35,478 nt of DNA from Pseudomonadota bacterium. Its GTDB lineage: Bacteria > Pseudomonadota > Gammaproteobacteria > Burkholderiales > JALYOK01. The stretch is from contig JANOGO010000055.1 in NCBI GenBank assembly GCA_031406045.1, positions 1-35,478 on the forward strand. The letters are read 5' to 3'. The translations under genes and the position numbers were made by a program. Within the stretch, counting starts at the first letter, position 1; each line of letters begins with the position of its first letter. Below the pieces are notes generated by a model. It had not been told where the DNA came from, did no database searches, and saw only the letters and a program-made list of their open reading frames with translations. Positions 17,162 through 25,974 of the stretch are shown here, piece after piece.

Positions 17162-19540
17162 ATGAGTGCCGTACTTGAGCCAAAACGCGCTGCAGCGGAC
17201 GGTGAATCGAACCCGAACGCCCGGGCGGATTTTGCAAAAAAATTGCAAGGTATCAGCGATCGCGCGCTCGCCGCGACGACGCTGGATGAATTTATGGCCG
17301 ACCTCAGCAAAGAGGTCTGCGAATTATTTGAGGCGGATCGCCTAACGGTCTACACGATTACCGAGGATAAGTCCTCATTGATTTCCCGCGTTAAGACCGG
17401 GCTTACCTCATTCAAAGATCTCAAACTTCCGATTACCGAAACCAGTGTTGCGGGGTATTGCGCTTACCATAAAGCGGTTTTTAAAGTAAACGATGTTTAC
17501 GATGAAAACGAGCTAAAGAAATACAATCCGCGGTTACATTTCTTGAAAGAAGTGGATCGCCGAACCGGCTACCGCTCAAAGCAAATGTTGCTTGCGCCGG
17601 TGTTAAGCGGCGACGAACGGCCGCAACTTCTGGGCGTGTTGCAACTAATCAATACCTTGTCCGGCGTGCCGTTTCCCGATGGCGAACTGGCGCGTATTTC
17701 GGAGTTATCGAAAGTATTAGCGCCGGCGTTTCGACCGCGCCAGCAAACGGCACAGATTGGCACCAAGTACGATTTTCTCGTTTCCGATAATGTTATCTCG
17801 TCCGGCGAACTAGACCTCGCCGTTCGTTCGGCGCGACGCAAAAATGTCGATATCGAAGACGTATTAATCGAAGAATTTCAGATCAAGTCATCGGTCTTGG
17901 GCCAAGCGCTGGCGAAATTTTTTCAAGTCGCACACGAACCCTACAAATCCGATCGCATGAAGCCGATGGATTTGTTGCGCAACATCAAGCGCGAGTACGC
18001 CGCGAGTGCGCAATGGATGCCGATCGAAGAAAACAAAGACGGCATCGTTATCATGACGACGGACCCGGAGAGAATCCGCGCATCCCATGTCGCGCGAAAC
18101 GTGTTCGTTAAAAATAAATTGATCTTCAAGGTCACGACTCACCGTGAGTTTGTCCAGACCCTCGATCAGTTTTTCTCGGATGGCTCCACCGCCGGCGGGT
18201 CGATCGATGAAATGTTGTCGGGCATGGAGCAGGATTCCGGCGACGATGCGTTGGCGCCGGAAGATGTTTCAGCCGCGTCGGACAATGAGCTGGTTAAATT
18301 TGTAAATAAAGTCATCATCGATGCCTACAATCAAGGTGTCTCTGACATTCATGTTGAGCCGTATCCGGGAAAAAATAAAACCGAAATTCGCTTCCGTAAA
18401 GACGGCTCGCTGATGCTCTATATTGAAGTGCCGGCCAGCTACCGATCGCCCTTGGTGACGCGTTTGAAGATCATGTGCGATCTGGATATTTCCGAGCGTC
18501 GCAAGCCGCAAGACGGCAAGATCAAGTTTAAGAAATACGGCCCGCTCGATATCGAATTGCGTGTCGCCACGATCCCCACTGCCGGTGGCCTTGAAGACGT
18601 GGTCATGCGTATTCTTGCGGCCGGCGAACCGTTGCCGCTGGATAAGCTGGGGTTGTCTAGGCGCAACGAAGAAAACCTAAAGAAAGTGGTCAGTAAACCC
18701 TACGGCTTATTTTTCTGTTGCGGCCCAACCGGTTCGGGTAAAACGACAACGCTGCACTCTGTGCTGAAACACATCAACACGCCGGATACCAAAATTTGGA
18801 CGGCAGAAGATCCGGTTGAGATTACGCAAAAGGGCTTGCGCCAGGTTCAGATGAACAATAAAGCGGGGCTGAATTTCGCGACGGCGATGCGGGCATTTTT
18901 GCGTGCCGATCCCGACGTGATTATGGTCGGTGAGATGCGCGATAAAGAAACCACGCAGATCGGCATCGAAGCCTCGCTGACCGGTCATTTAGTGTTCTCA
19001 ACCTTGCATACCAACAGCGCGCCGGAAAGTATTTTGCGTTTGCTGGATATGGGCATGGATCCGTTTAACTTTGCCGACGCAATTCTCGGCATTTTAGCGC
19101 AGCGTTTGGCCAAGCGCTTATGCGCCAATTGTAAAAAACCGCATGTTTCGACACAAGAAGAAATCAAGCGATTGCTCACGGAATATTGCGAAGAACTCAC
19201 CAATACCTCGGACTGGAAAAGCGATCCGCAAGGCGCATTCCGCAAAGTTTATGAGGATTGGGTAAAAGATTTTGCCAACGAAAAAGGCGAGTTCACTCTC
19301 TATACGCCGGTCGGATGCGATGCCTGCGGCGGCACCGGTTACCGCGGACGGATCGCGTTACATGAGCTGATGGTCGGCAGTGATACGGTGAAAAAAGCGA
19401 TTCAAGAAAAAGCGCGTGTGTCCGAACTTTTTGCGATTGCGCTGTCGGAAGGTATGCGTACCTTGAAGCAGGATGGCATTGAAAAGATCCTGACCGGTAT
19501 CACCGATATCGCGCAGGTGCGAGCAGTTTGTATCAAATAA
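17162..19540 (+). CDS. GspE/PilB-family traffic ATPase with an N-terminal GAF domain
   Basis: GAF (NDVY...DRRTGYRSKQMLLAPV...GVLQLIN), SDIHVEP, PQDGK, Walker A GPTGSGKTTT, TAEDPVE, RADPDVIMVGEMRD, His box GHLVFSTLHTN and CxxC...CxxC. Confidence 0.92.
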   Translation: MSAVLEPKRAAADGESNPNARADFAKKLQGISDRALAATTLDEFMADLSKEVCELFEADRLTVYTITEDKSSLISRVKTGLTSFKDLKLPITETSVAGYCAYHKAVFKVNDVYDENELKKYNPRLHFLKEVDRRTGYRSKQMLLAPVLSGDERPQLLGVLQLINTLSGVPFPDGELARISELSKVLAPAFRPRQQTAQIGTKYDFLVSDNVISSGELDLAVRSARRKNVDIEDVLIEEFQIKSSVLGQALAKFFQVAHEPYKSDRMKPMDLLRNIKREYAASAQWMPIEENKDGIVIMTTDPERIRASHVARNVFVKNKLIFKVTTHREFVQTLDQFFSDGSTAGGSIDEMLSGMEQDSGDDALAPEDVSAASDNELVKFVNKVIIDAYNQGVSDIHVEPYPGKNKTEIRFRKDGSLMLYIEVPASYRSPLVTRLKIMCDLDISERRKPQDGKIKFKKYGPLDIELRVATIPTAGGLEDVVMRILAAGEPLPLDKLGLSRRNEENLKKVVSKPYGLFFCCGPTGSGKTTTLHSVLKHINTPDTKIWTAEDPVEITQKGLRQVQMNNKAGLNFATAMRAFLRADPDVIMVGEMRDKETTQIGIEASLTGHLVFSTLHTNSAPESILRLLDMGMDPFNFADAILGILAQRLAKRLCANCKKPHVSTQEEIKRLLTEYCEELTNTSDWKSDPQGAFRKVYEDWVKDFANEKGEFTLYTPVGCDACGGTGYRGRIALHELMVGSDTVKKAIQEKARVSELFAIALSEGMRTLKQDGIEKILTGITDIAQVRAVCIK

Positions 19541-19543
19541 TAA

Positions 19544-21199
19544 GTGATCGCCGATAATCGAAGCGACGCTGCCAACACGAAGATATCGGGCAGCGACGTA
19601 CTCGAACGGCTTAATTTTCTCTCCCGCGTAAGCAAAGAACTCTCCAGCGAGCACAATACCGCACGCTTGTTGGAGACGATTCTGAACGCCGCGCAACACA
19701 TCACCAATGCCGATGGCGGTACGCTGTATCGCGTCACGTCCGACGACAAGCTGATGTTCGAAATTGTCCGCACCGATTCCCTCGGCGTCATTATGGGCGG
19801 CACTAGCGGTTTGCCGGTCGCGATTCCTCCGATCGCGCTGCACGATGCAGCAGGCAATCCCAACCTCGCGATGGTGGCGCCCTATGCGGTGCTGAAGGAT
19901 GAGACGGTGAATATCGCCGATGTCTATTCAGCGAAGGACTTTGATTTTTCCGGGACGCGCGCCTTCGACGAGCGAACCGGTTATCGCTCGGTTTCGTTTC
20001 TGACGGTGCCGATGAAAAATCACCAAAACGAAATGATCGGCGTGTTGCAATTAATCAACGCCCGCGACGACACAACACAATCGATTATTCCATTCAGCCA
20101 AGCCGACCAACAATTCACCGAAGCGCTGGCATCGCAGGCGGCGATCACGCTGACCAATCGCTCATTAATTAATCAACTGCAAGAATTGTTCGAGTCGTTC
20201 GTCGGTTTGATCAATAAAGCAATCGACGAAAAGTCGCCGCACACTAGCCGCCACTGCTCACGCGTTCCGGAGCTGACAATGTTGCTCGCCGACGCCGCGC
20301 ACGACGTCGACTATGGCCCGTTGTCGAGCTTTCGCATGACCGATAAGGATCGCTATGCGTTGAAGCTGGCCGGGCTGTTACACGATTGCGGAAAGATCAC
20401 CACGCCGGTTCACATCATCGATAAAGCGACTAAGCTTTCGACCATTTTTGATCGCATTGAGCTGATCGATACACGATTCGAAATTTTGATTCGCGATCTC
20501 AAAATGAAGGCGATTAAAAATCTACCGGCTATCACGAAACAATCCGATATCGATGCGGTCGATGCGCAACTCGCGAGCGCGCTCGCTCAATTGGACGACG
20601 ATCGTGCATTCCTGCGTCGCGTAAACCAGGGCGGTGAAAGCATGCGGCCAACCGATCAAGCGCGAATCGAGGCGATTGCGCGCTACACCTACATCGACGC
20701 CGCGGGTCATTCCCAAGCGTTTCTGAGCGCCGATGAAAGCGATAACCTAAAGATCGACCGCGGGACCTTAACGCCGGCCGAACGCTCGACCATCAATCAC
20801 CACATCGTGTCGACCATTAGCATGTTGGAAGCACTACCGTGGCCAAAGCATTTAGAAAAAGTACCGGAATACGCCGGCGCGCATCACGAGCGCATGGATG
20901 GCAAAGGCTATCCGCGCGGGCTGCGCGGCGATCAGATGTCGGTGCCGGCGCGGGCCATGGCGATCGCCGATATTTTCGAAGCACTCACTGCGAAAGACCG
21001 GCCGTACAAATCGGCGAAAAAGCTTTCCGAATCGTTGCAGATTCTCGGCAAATTCAGCGAGAACGGCCATATCGATCCGGACCTTTTCCGTGTGTTTGTG
21101 CGCGAAAAAATCTATTTAAAATTTGCCGAGGCGTTTCTCGACCCCGAGCAAATTGATCCGGTCGACCACGCCAAAATTCCCGGTTTTCGACCCGAATAA
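19544..21199 (+). CDS. GAF-domain HD-GYP protein (putative cyclic-dinucleotide phosphodiesterase)
   Basis: N-terminal GAF, then KSPHTSRHC, LHDCGK, HHERMDGKGYPRGL, IADIFEALT and RPYK. Confidence 0.92.
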   Translation: MIADNRSDAANTKISGSDVLERLNFLSRVSKELSSEHNTARLLETILNAAQHITNADGGTLYRVTSDDKLMFEIVRTDSLGVIMGGTSGLPVAIPPIALHDAAGNPNLAMVAPYAVLKDETVNIADVYSAKDFDFSGTRAFDERTGYRSVSFLTVPMKNHQNEMIGVLQLINARDDTTQSIIPFSQADQQFTEALASQAAITLTNRSLINQLQELFESFVGLINKAIDEKSPHTSRHCSRVPELTMLLADAAHDVDYGPLSSFRMTDKDRYALKLAGLLHDCGKITTPVHIIDKATKLSTIFDRIELIDTRFEILIRDLKMKAIKNLPAITKQSDIDAVDAQLASALAQLDDDRAFLRRVNQGGESMRPTDQARIEAIARYTYIDAAGHSQAFLSADESDNLKIDRGTLTPAERSTINHHIVSTISMLEALPWPKHLEKVPEYAGAHHERMDGKGYPRGLRGDQMSVPARAMAIADIFEALTAKDRPYKSAKKLSESLQILGKFSENGHIDPDLFRVFVREKIYLKFAEAFLDPEQIDPVDHAKIPGFRPE

Positions 21200-21200
21200 A

Positions 21201-21779
21201 TTACTCGCGCCGCTCGAAGTCTTTTAATTCGTTCGCGGTATTGATGTTAGCAAATGACTCGGGTTGATCGTCAAAACTCACTTCAATCGTGTTGAGCGCT
21301 GCATACCAAACGTCAATTTTTCGTCCACCGCTGTTCAGAAAATCCCGAAGATGTCCGTGCACAGAACGGCGCACTAAACAAAACACCGGATGCACTTGAG
21401 CGCCGGTTTTAGCGACCGCCAAATCAATGCTATTTTGTTCAAAAGCCGCGCCTAAATGCCTGACTAAATCCGTTGGCAAAAATGGTGAATCGCACGGGCA
21501 GGTCACGACGAATTCGTGCTTCGCTTCCGCCAACCCACACTCCAATCCCGCAAGCGGCCCGGCAAAGCCCTCGATCGCATCGCGGATCACGCGATGGCCA
21601 AACGCACGATAAGCTTCCAGGTTACGATTAGCGTTGATCAATAGCTCGTCAACTTGCGGAACCAGGCGATCGATCACGCTCGCGATCATTGGCCGCGCGT
21701 TGAACATCACTAAACCTTTGTCGACGCTGCCCATGCGCCGGCCCAGGCCGCCCGCGAGAATGACTCCGGTGGTTTTCAT
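21201..21779 (-). CDS. mobA: Molybdenum cofactor guanylyltransferase
   Basis: ILAGGLGRRMGSVDKGL, GPLAG, PCDSPFLP and FANINT. Start placed at ATG 21779 (alternative 21794). Confidence 0.95.
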   Translation of the reverse strand: MKTTGVILAGGLGRRMGSVDKGLVMFNARPMIASVIDRLVPQVDELLINANRNLEAYRAFGHRVIRDAIEGFAGPLAGLECGLAEAKHEFVVTCPCDSPFLPTDLVRHLGAAFEQNSIDLAVAKTGAQVHPVFCLVRRSVHGHLRDFLNSGGRKIDVWYAALNTIEVSFDDQPESFANINTANELKDFERRE

Positions 21780-21819
21780 TCGTGTTTGATTCAATAAGCT
21801 TGATGAAAAAAAGTAATCG

Positions 21820-21896
21820 AGCCAGGAGCCTCATGGTTATTGCCTCGTGGCATGGCATGCTTCAAGCGCCGCTCCAGTGTTGCATCTTCAGGCATC
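21820..21896 (+). repeat. Copy C of the degenerate intergenic repeat
   Basis: AGCCAGG-N13-TTGCCTC spacing is identical to copy A. The GGCATGC...CCGCTC...TTGC...TCAGGC tail matches the copy at 25187-25226. Confidence 0.5.
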
Positions 21897-21900
21897 GAGT

Positions 21901-22989
21901 CTAAGTATTCTGAATCACAATTTTCGGAAATTTTGAGCTCATATCTTTCTGCAGCTCACTAATTTTTACTGCAACCCGCCGCGCGATTTGTTTATAAATT
22001 TTTGCGATCGCGCCATCTGGGTCGGCGATAACCGTTGGATTGCCGGAATCGGTTTGCTCGCGAATTTGCAGCGTTAACGGCAACGATCCCAACACATCGA
22101 GGTTATAGTCGGCCGCCATGCGCATGCCGCCGCCGCTACCGAAAATAGATTCTTCGTGGCCGCAGTTTGAACAAATATGTGTGCTCATATTTTCGACGAT
22201 ACCAAGGATCGGTACGTTTACTTTTTCAAACATTTTGAGGCCCTTGCGGGCATCCAGCAACGCGATGTCTTGCGGTGTAGTGACGATCACCGCGCCGGTA
22301 ACCGGCACGCGTTGCGCTAACGTGAGCTGAATATCGCCGGTGCCCGGCGGCAAATCGACGACCAGATAATCCAGATCTTTCCAATTGGTATCGCGCAACA
22401 ATTGTTCCAACGCGCCGGTCACCATCGGGCCGCGCCACACCATCGGTGTTTCCGCGTCGATCAAAAATCCGATCGACATGGCTTGGATGCCGTGGTTGAT
22501 TTTTGGCTCCATGGTTTTGCCGTCCAAGGTTTCCGGTTTCCCGGAAAGACCGAGCATAGTCGGCTGCGACGGGCCGTAAATATCGGCGTCGAGCATGCCG
22601 ACATTGGCGCCTTCTGCGGCGAGCGCGAGGGCGAGATTAACCGCCGTGGTCGATTTTCCGACGCCGCCTTTACCGGAGGCGACGGCGATGATATTGCGTA
22701 CGCCGGGAATGAGTTTGACGTTGGTTTGCGCAGCATGGCTGAGGATTTTGCTGGAAACGTTGATGGTCGCGTTACCCAAGCCGGGAACGGCCGCCAGGCA
22801 ATTCTTGAACGCCGCACGAATATCGTCAAACACACTTTTTGCGGGGTAGGGCAGTTCGACGACGATCGTCACGTCATTGCCGTTAAGCTCAATTTTTTTG
22901 ATCGATTTTCCGGCCGCGAAAGTCTTGCCGGTATTGAGATCGATTAACTCGTGCAGCGCTACTTGGATCGTTGCTTCGGTAAGAGCCAT
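21901..22989 (-). CDS. apbC: Fe-S cluster carrier ATPase ApbC/Mrp
   Basis: SGKGGVGKST, DADIYGPS, WRGPM, DLPPGTGD and ENMS...CSNC. Confidence 0.96.
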   Translation of the reverse strand: MALTEATIQVALHELIDLNTGKTFAAGKSIKKIELNGNDVTIVVELPYPAKSVFDDIRAAFKNCLAAVPGLGNATINVSSKILSHAAQTNVKLIPGVRNIIAVASGKGGVGKSTTAVNLALALAAEGANVGMLDADIYGPSQPTMLGLSGKPETLDGKTMEPKINHGIQAMSIGFLIDAETPMVWRGPMVTGALEQLLRDTNWKDLDYLVVDLPPGTGDIQLTLAQRVPVTGAVIVTTPQDIALLDARKGLKMFEKVNVPILGIVENMSTHICSNCGHEESIFGSGGGMRMAADYNLDVLGSLPLTLQIREQTDSGNPTVIADPDGAIAKIYKQIARRVAVKISELQKDMSSKFPKIVIQNT

Positions 22990-23102
22990 TGAGTGGAAAT
23001 TCCGGATGCGTTTAATGCGTCATTTTAGCAGTTCGCTTGATACGCATTACTGTTTGCGGTATTGCTTTGTTACAATTCAAGTTGGTTAAACCGTTGCACA
23101 AA

Positions 23103-25136
23103 ATGAAAAAACAATTTCTAGTTACGACCGCGTTACCTTACGCCAATGGTTCGTTTCATATCGGCCACATCATGGAATATATCCAGGCCGATGTTTGGGT
23201 GCGCACGCAGCGCATGCATGGGCACGAAGTTCATTTCGTTTGCGCCGACGATACCCACGGCGCGCCGATCATGCTCAAAGCCGAGAGCGAAGGCATCACA
23301 CCGGAACAATTGGTGACGCGCATCGGTGAGGAGCACAAACGCGACTGGGCAGATTTTCGTATCAGTTTCGATCATTGGCACAGCACGCATTCGCCGGAAA
23401 ATCGCGAGTTGGCGGAAATGTTTTATAGCAAGCTCGACGCCAATAATCTGATTGTTAAAAAAACCATCGAACAATTTTACGATCCGGTCAAAGGCATGTT
23501 CCTGCCCGATCGGTACATCAAAGGTGAATGCCCGAAGTGCGGCGCCAAGGATCAATATGGCGATTCGTGCGAAGTATGCGGCGCCGTTTACGCACCGACG
23601 GAATTGAAGAATCCCTATTCGGCGCTGACCGGTGCGAAACCGGTGATGAAGCAATCGGAGCATCATTTTTTTAAGCTTTCTGATTCGCGCTGCGTCGAAT
23701 TTTTGAAGGATTGGACTCAGGCTTCCGGCCGGCTGCAAGCGGAAGTCGCGAACAAAGCCTCGGAATGGTTCGAAGCGGGCTTAAACGATTGGGATATTTC
23801 CCGCGACGCGCCGTATTTTGGTTTTGAAATTCCCGGCGCGCCTGGAAAATACTTTTATGTTTGGCTCGATGCGCCGATCGGTTACCTCGCCAGCTTCAAG
23901 CACTGGTGCGGTTTGCAGGGCATTGACTTCGATAGTTTTTTGAAGTCGGATTCGAAGTCTGAGATGGTGCATTTTATCGGCAAAGATATTTTGTACTTTC
24001 ATACTTTGTTTTGGCCGGCAATGCTGAAATTTGTCGGCTTGCGTGTGCCGACCAACGTATTTGTTCATGGTTTTGTCACGGTCGACGGCGAGAAAATGTC
24101 GAAGTCGCGCGGCACGTTTATCAATGCCCGCAGTTATCTCGATCACCTGAAAAATCCTGAGTATTTGCGCTATTACTTTGCGGCGAAACTCAATGCGTCG
24201 ATGGAAGATATCGATCTGAATCTTGACGATTTTGTCGCGCGGGTGAACAGCGATTTGATCGGAAAATTCATTAACATCGCCAGCCGCTGCGCCGGATTTA
24301 TCACGAAGAAATTCGATGGCAAACTGGCAGCGGACTTGCCGAAATTGGAATTACTGGACAGGTTGCAAAGCGCAGCGCCCGGCATTATTGCGCTGTACGA
24401 AGCGCGCGAATCAGCCAAGGCGATTCGCGAAATCATGGCGCTCGCCGACCTTTGTAATCAGTATGTCGACGAGATGAAACCGTGGGAGCTGGCCAAGCAT
24501 CCCGAGCAAGCGGCGAAGTTGCACGAGGTGTCGAGCGTTAGCTTAAATCTGTTCCGCTTGCTGGCAATTTATTTAAAGCCAGTTTTACCAAAATTAGCTG
24601 ACGATGTCGAAGCATTTTTGTGTATAGTTCCATTAACGTGGGGTGACGCGAGTGCCTTGTTGCAAGGCCACGCGATCAAACCCTACAAACATTTGATGAC
24701 CCGAATAGAGGCAAAACAAATCGAAGATTTGATCGCTGCTAACCAGGCTGGGCTACAAACGGAAAAGCCGGCCGCTCCACCCGCACCCGTTGCGACCATC
24801 GCGCCGATCGGCGAAACGATCGGCATTGACGATTTCAGCAAACTCGATCTGCGAATCGCAAAAATCGTGCACGCCGAGCATGTTCCCGACGCGGAAAAAT
24901 TGCTCAAACTCACCCTCGATATCGGCTCGGAAACCCGCACCGTTTTTGCCGGAATCAAATCGGCGTATGCGCCGGAAGCGCTGATCGGCCGTCATACGGT
25001 CATGGTCGCGAACCTCGCGCCGCGCAAAATGCGCTTCGGTGAATCGCAAGGAATGGTCTTGGCTGCCGGCGACGGCAATGGGCTTTATATCTTGAGCCCG
25101 GACGACGGCGCAAAGCCGGGGATGCGCGTTAAGTAG
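23103..25136 (+). CDS. metG: Methionyl-tRNA synthetase with a C-terminal tRNA-binding domain
   Basis: [12 protein letters not shown], Zn knuckle [19 protein letters not shown] and KMSKS. Start placed at ATG 23103. Confidence 0.98.
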   Translation: MKKQFLVTTALPYANGSFHIGHIMEYIQADVWVRTQRMHGHEVHFVCADDTHGAPIMLKAESEGITPEQLVTRIGEEHKRDWADFRISFDHWHSTHSPENRELAEMFYSKLDANNLIVKKTIEQFYDPVKGMFLPDRYIKGECPKCGAKDQYGDSCEVCGAVYAPTELKNPYSALTGAKPVMKQSEHHFFKLSDSRCVEFLKDWTQASGRLQAEVANKASEWFEAGLNDWDISRDAPYFGFEIPGAPGKYFYVWLDAPIGYLASFKHWCGLQGIDFDSFLKSDSKSEMVHFIGKDILYFHTLFWPAMLKFVGLRVPTNVFVHGFVTVDGEKMSKSRGTFINARSYLDHLKNPEYLRYYFAAKLNASMEDIDLNLDDFVARVNSDLIGKFINIASRCAGFITKKFDGKLAADLPKLELLDRLQSAAPGIIALYEARESAKAIREIMALADLCNQYVDEMKPWELAKHPEQAAKLHEVSSVSLNLFRLLAIYLKPVLPKLADDVEAFLCIVPLTWGDASALLQGHAIKPYKHLMTRIEAKQIEDLIAANQAGLQTEKPAAPPAPVATIAPIGETIGIDDFSKLDLRIAKIVHAEHVPDAEKLLKLTLDIGSETRTVFAGIKSAYAPEALIGRHTVMVANLAPRKMRFGESQGMVLAAGDGNGLYILSPDDGAKPGMRVK

Positions 25137-25159
25137 TTTCTAAATAGCGCATCGCTAAG

Positions 25160-25228
25160 AGGCAGCACCGGTGCGCTTTCCAGTACGGCATGCCTGAAAA
25201 TCCGCTCTGGTATTGCCTGTCAGGCCGA
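25160..25228 (+). repeat. Copy D of the degenerate intergenic repeat
   Basis: GGCAGCAC...GGCATGCCTGAAAATCCGCTCTGGTATTGCCTGTCAGGCC aligns without gaps to 35190-35229 (GGTATGCCTGGAGAGGCTCATGGATATTGGCTCCCAGGCC). Confidence 0.5.
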
Positions 25229-25927
25229 TGGTGTTTTACGTTTCCACCAACCGGTATCGATCAAATCGTCGTTCGCATCGTCGACTAAAATGATGTGAAC
25301 GCGATACGGGCCGTGGGCGCCGATAACCAAGGTTTGTTCGATGTCAGCCGTGCGCGATGGCCCGGAGATGAAGCTGCAGGCGCGTGGTAATTGTTTAAGT
25401 TCGGCGCGCACTAAGTTCCACGCGTCTTCCATCCCGACCACCATACGAGATGTGCTCACGATCGCAACGTGAGTATCGGGCAACAAGCTAGTCTTGTTCG
25501 GCGTCGATGGGCTGCTCGTCAATAACAATGTTCCCGTTTCCGCAATCGCGCAAAAGCTGCCGGTGATGCCGAGCTGGTCGCTTTCGATCGCGCTACGCGG
25601 CTCGATTGCGAGTCCCGCGCTTTGCCAATCCAGATTAGATAAAGTTGGCCAACAAATGCCTTTTGCCGATAGTTCTTTTTCCCGCAAGTAGCGAGCGAGC
25701 GCGTGTGGTACCGCGGAAATCGACGCGACTTCATCGACCGTGCTCGATAACCGAATCGCCTGTTCTTTAAATCGCGCGATCAGGTCGGGCCAATCGGCAT
25801 TCGGACGCGGCCCCTGCGGATGGCTGGCGATGAAATTCGCGGTATCAGCTAATTCGCCAGGAGTCGTTAGACCGGACTTTTTTTGATTAGTCCGAATTCG
25901 ATTCAGGATATTGTCGCGGGCGGACAT
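25220..25927 (-). CDS. lutC: Lactate utilization protein C (LutC/YkgG, LUD domain)
   Basis: MSARDNILNRIR, AIAETGTL, SLLPDTHVA and ISGPSRTADIEQTLVIGAHGP. Confidence 0.92.
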   Translation of the reverse strand: MSARDNILNRIRTNQKKSGLTTPGELADTANFIASHPQGPRPNADWPDLIARFKEQAIRLSSTVDEVASISAVPHALARYLREKELSAKGICWPTLSNLDWQSAGLAIEPRSAIESDQLGITGSFCAIAETGTLLLTSSPSTPNKTSLLPDTHVAIVSTSRMVVGMEDAWNLVRAELKQLPRACSFISGPSRTADIEQTLVIGAHGPYRVHIILVDDANDDLIDTGWWKRKTPSA

Positions 25928-25935
25928 GGGGCCAA

Positions 25936-25970
25936 GGATGAAGGGGGAGGGATGAAGGATGAAGGATGAA
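25936..25970. repeat. Heptamer tandem repeat (GGATGAA)n
   Basis: GGATGAA GGGGGAG GGATGAA GGATGAA GGATGAA between the aminotransferase and lutC. Confidence 0.75.
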
Positions 25971-25974
25971 AAAA

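Noticed and set aside
17162-19540. Calling the ATPase the canonical pilB or gspE
   Set aside because: It has a GAF fusion and no neighbouring pilC/pilD or gsp genes, so orthology cannot be assigned by eye.
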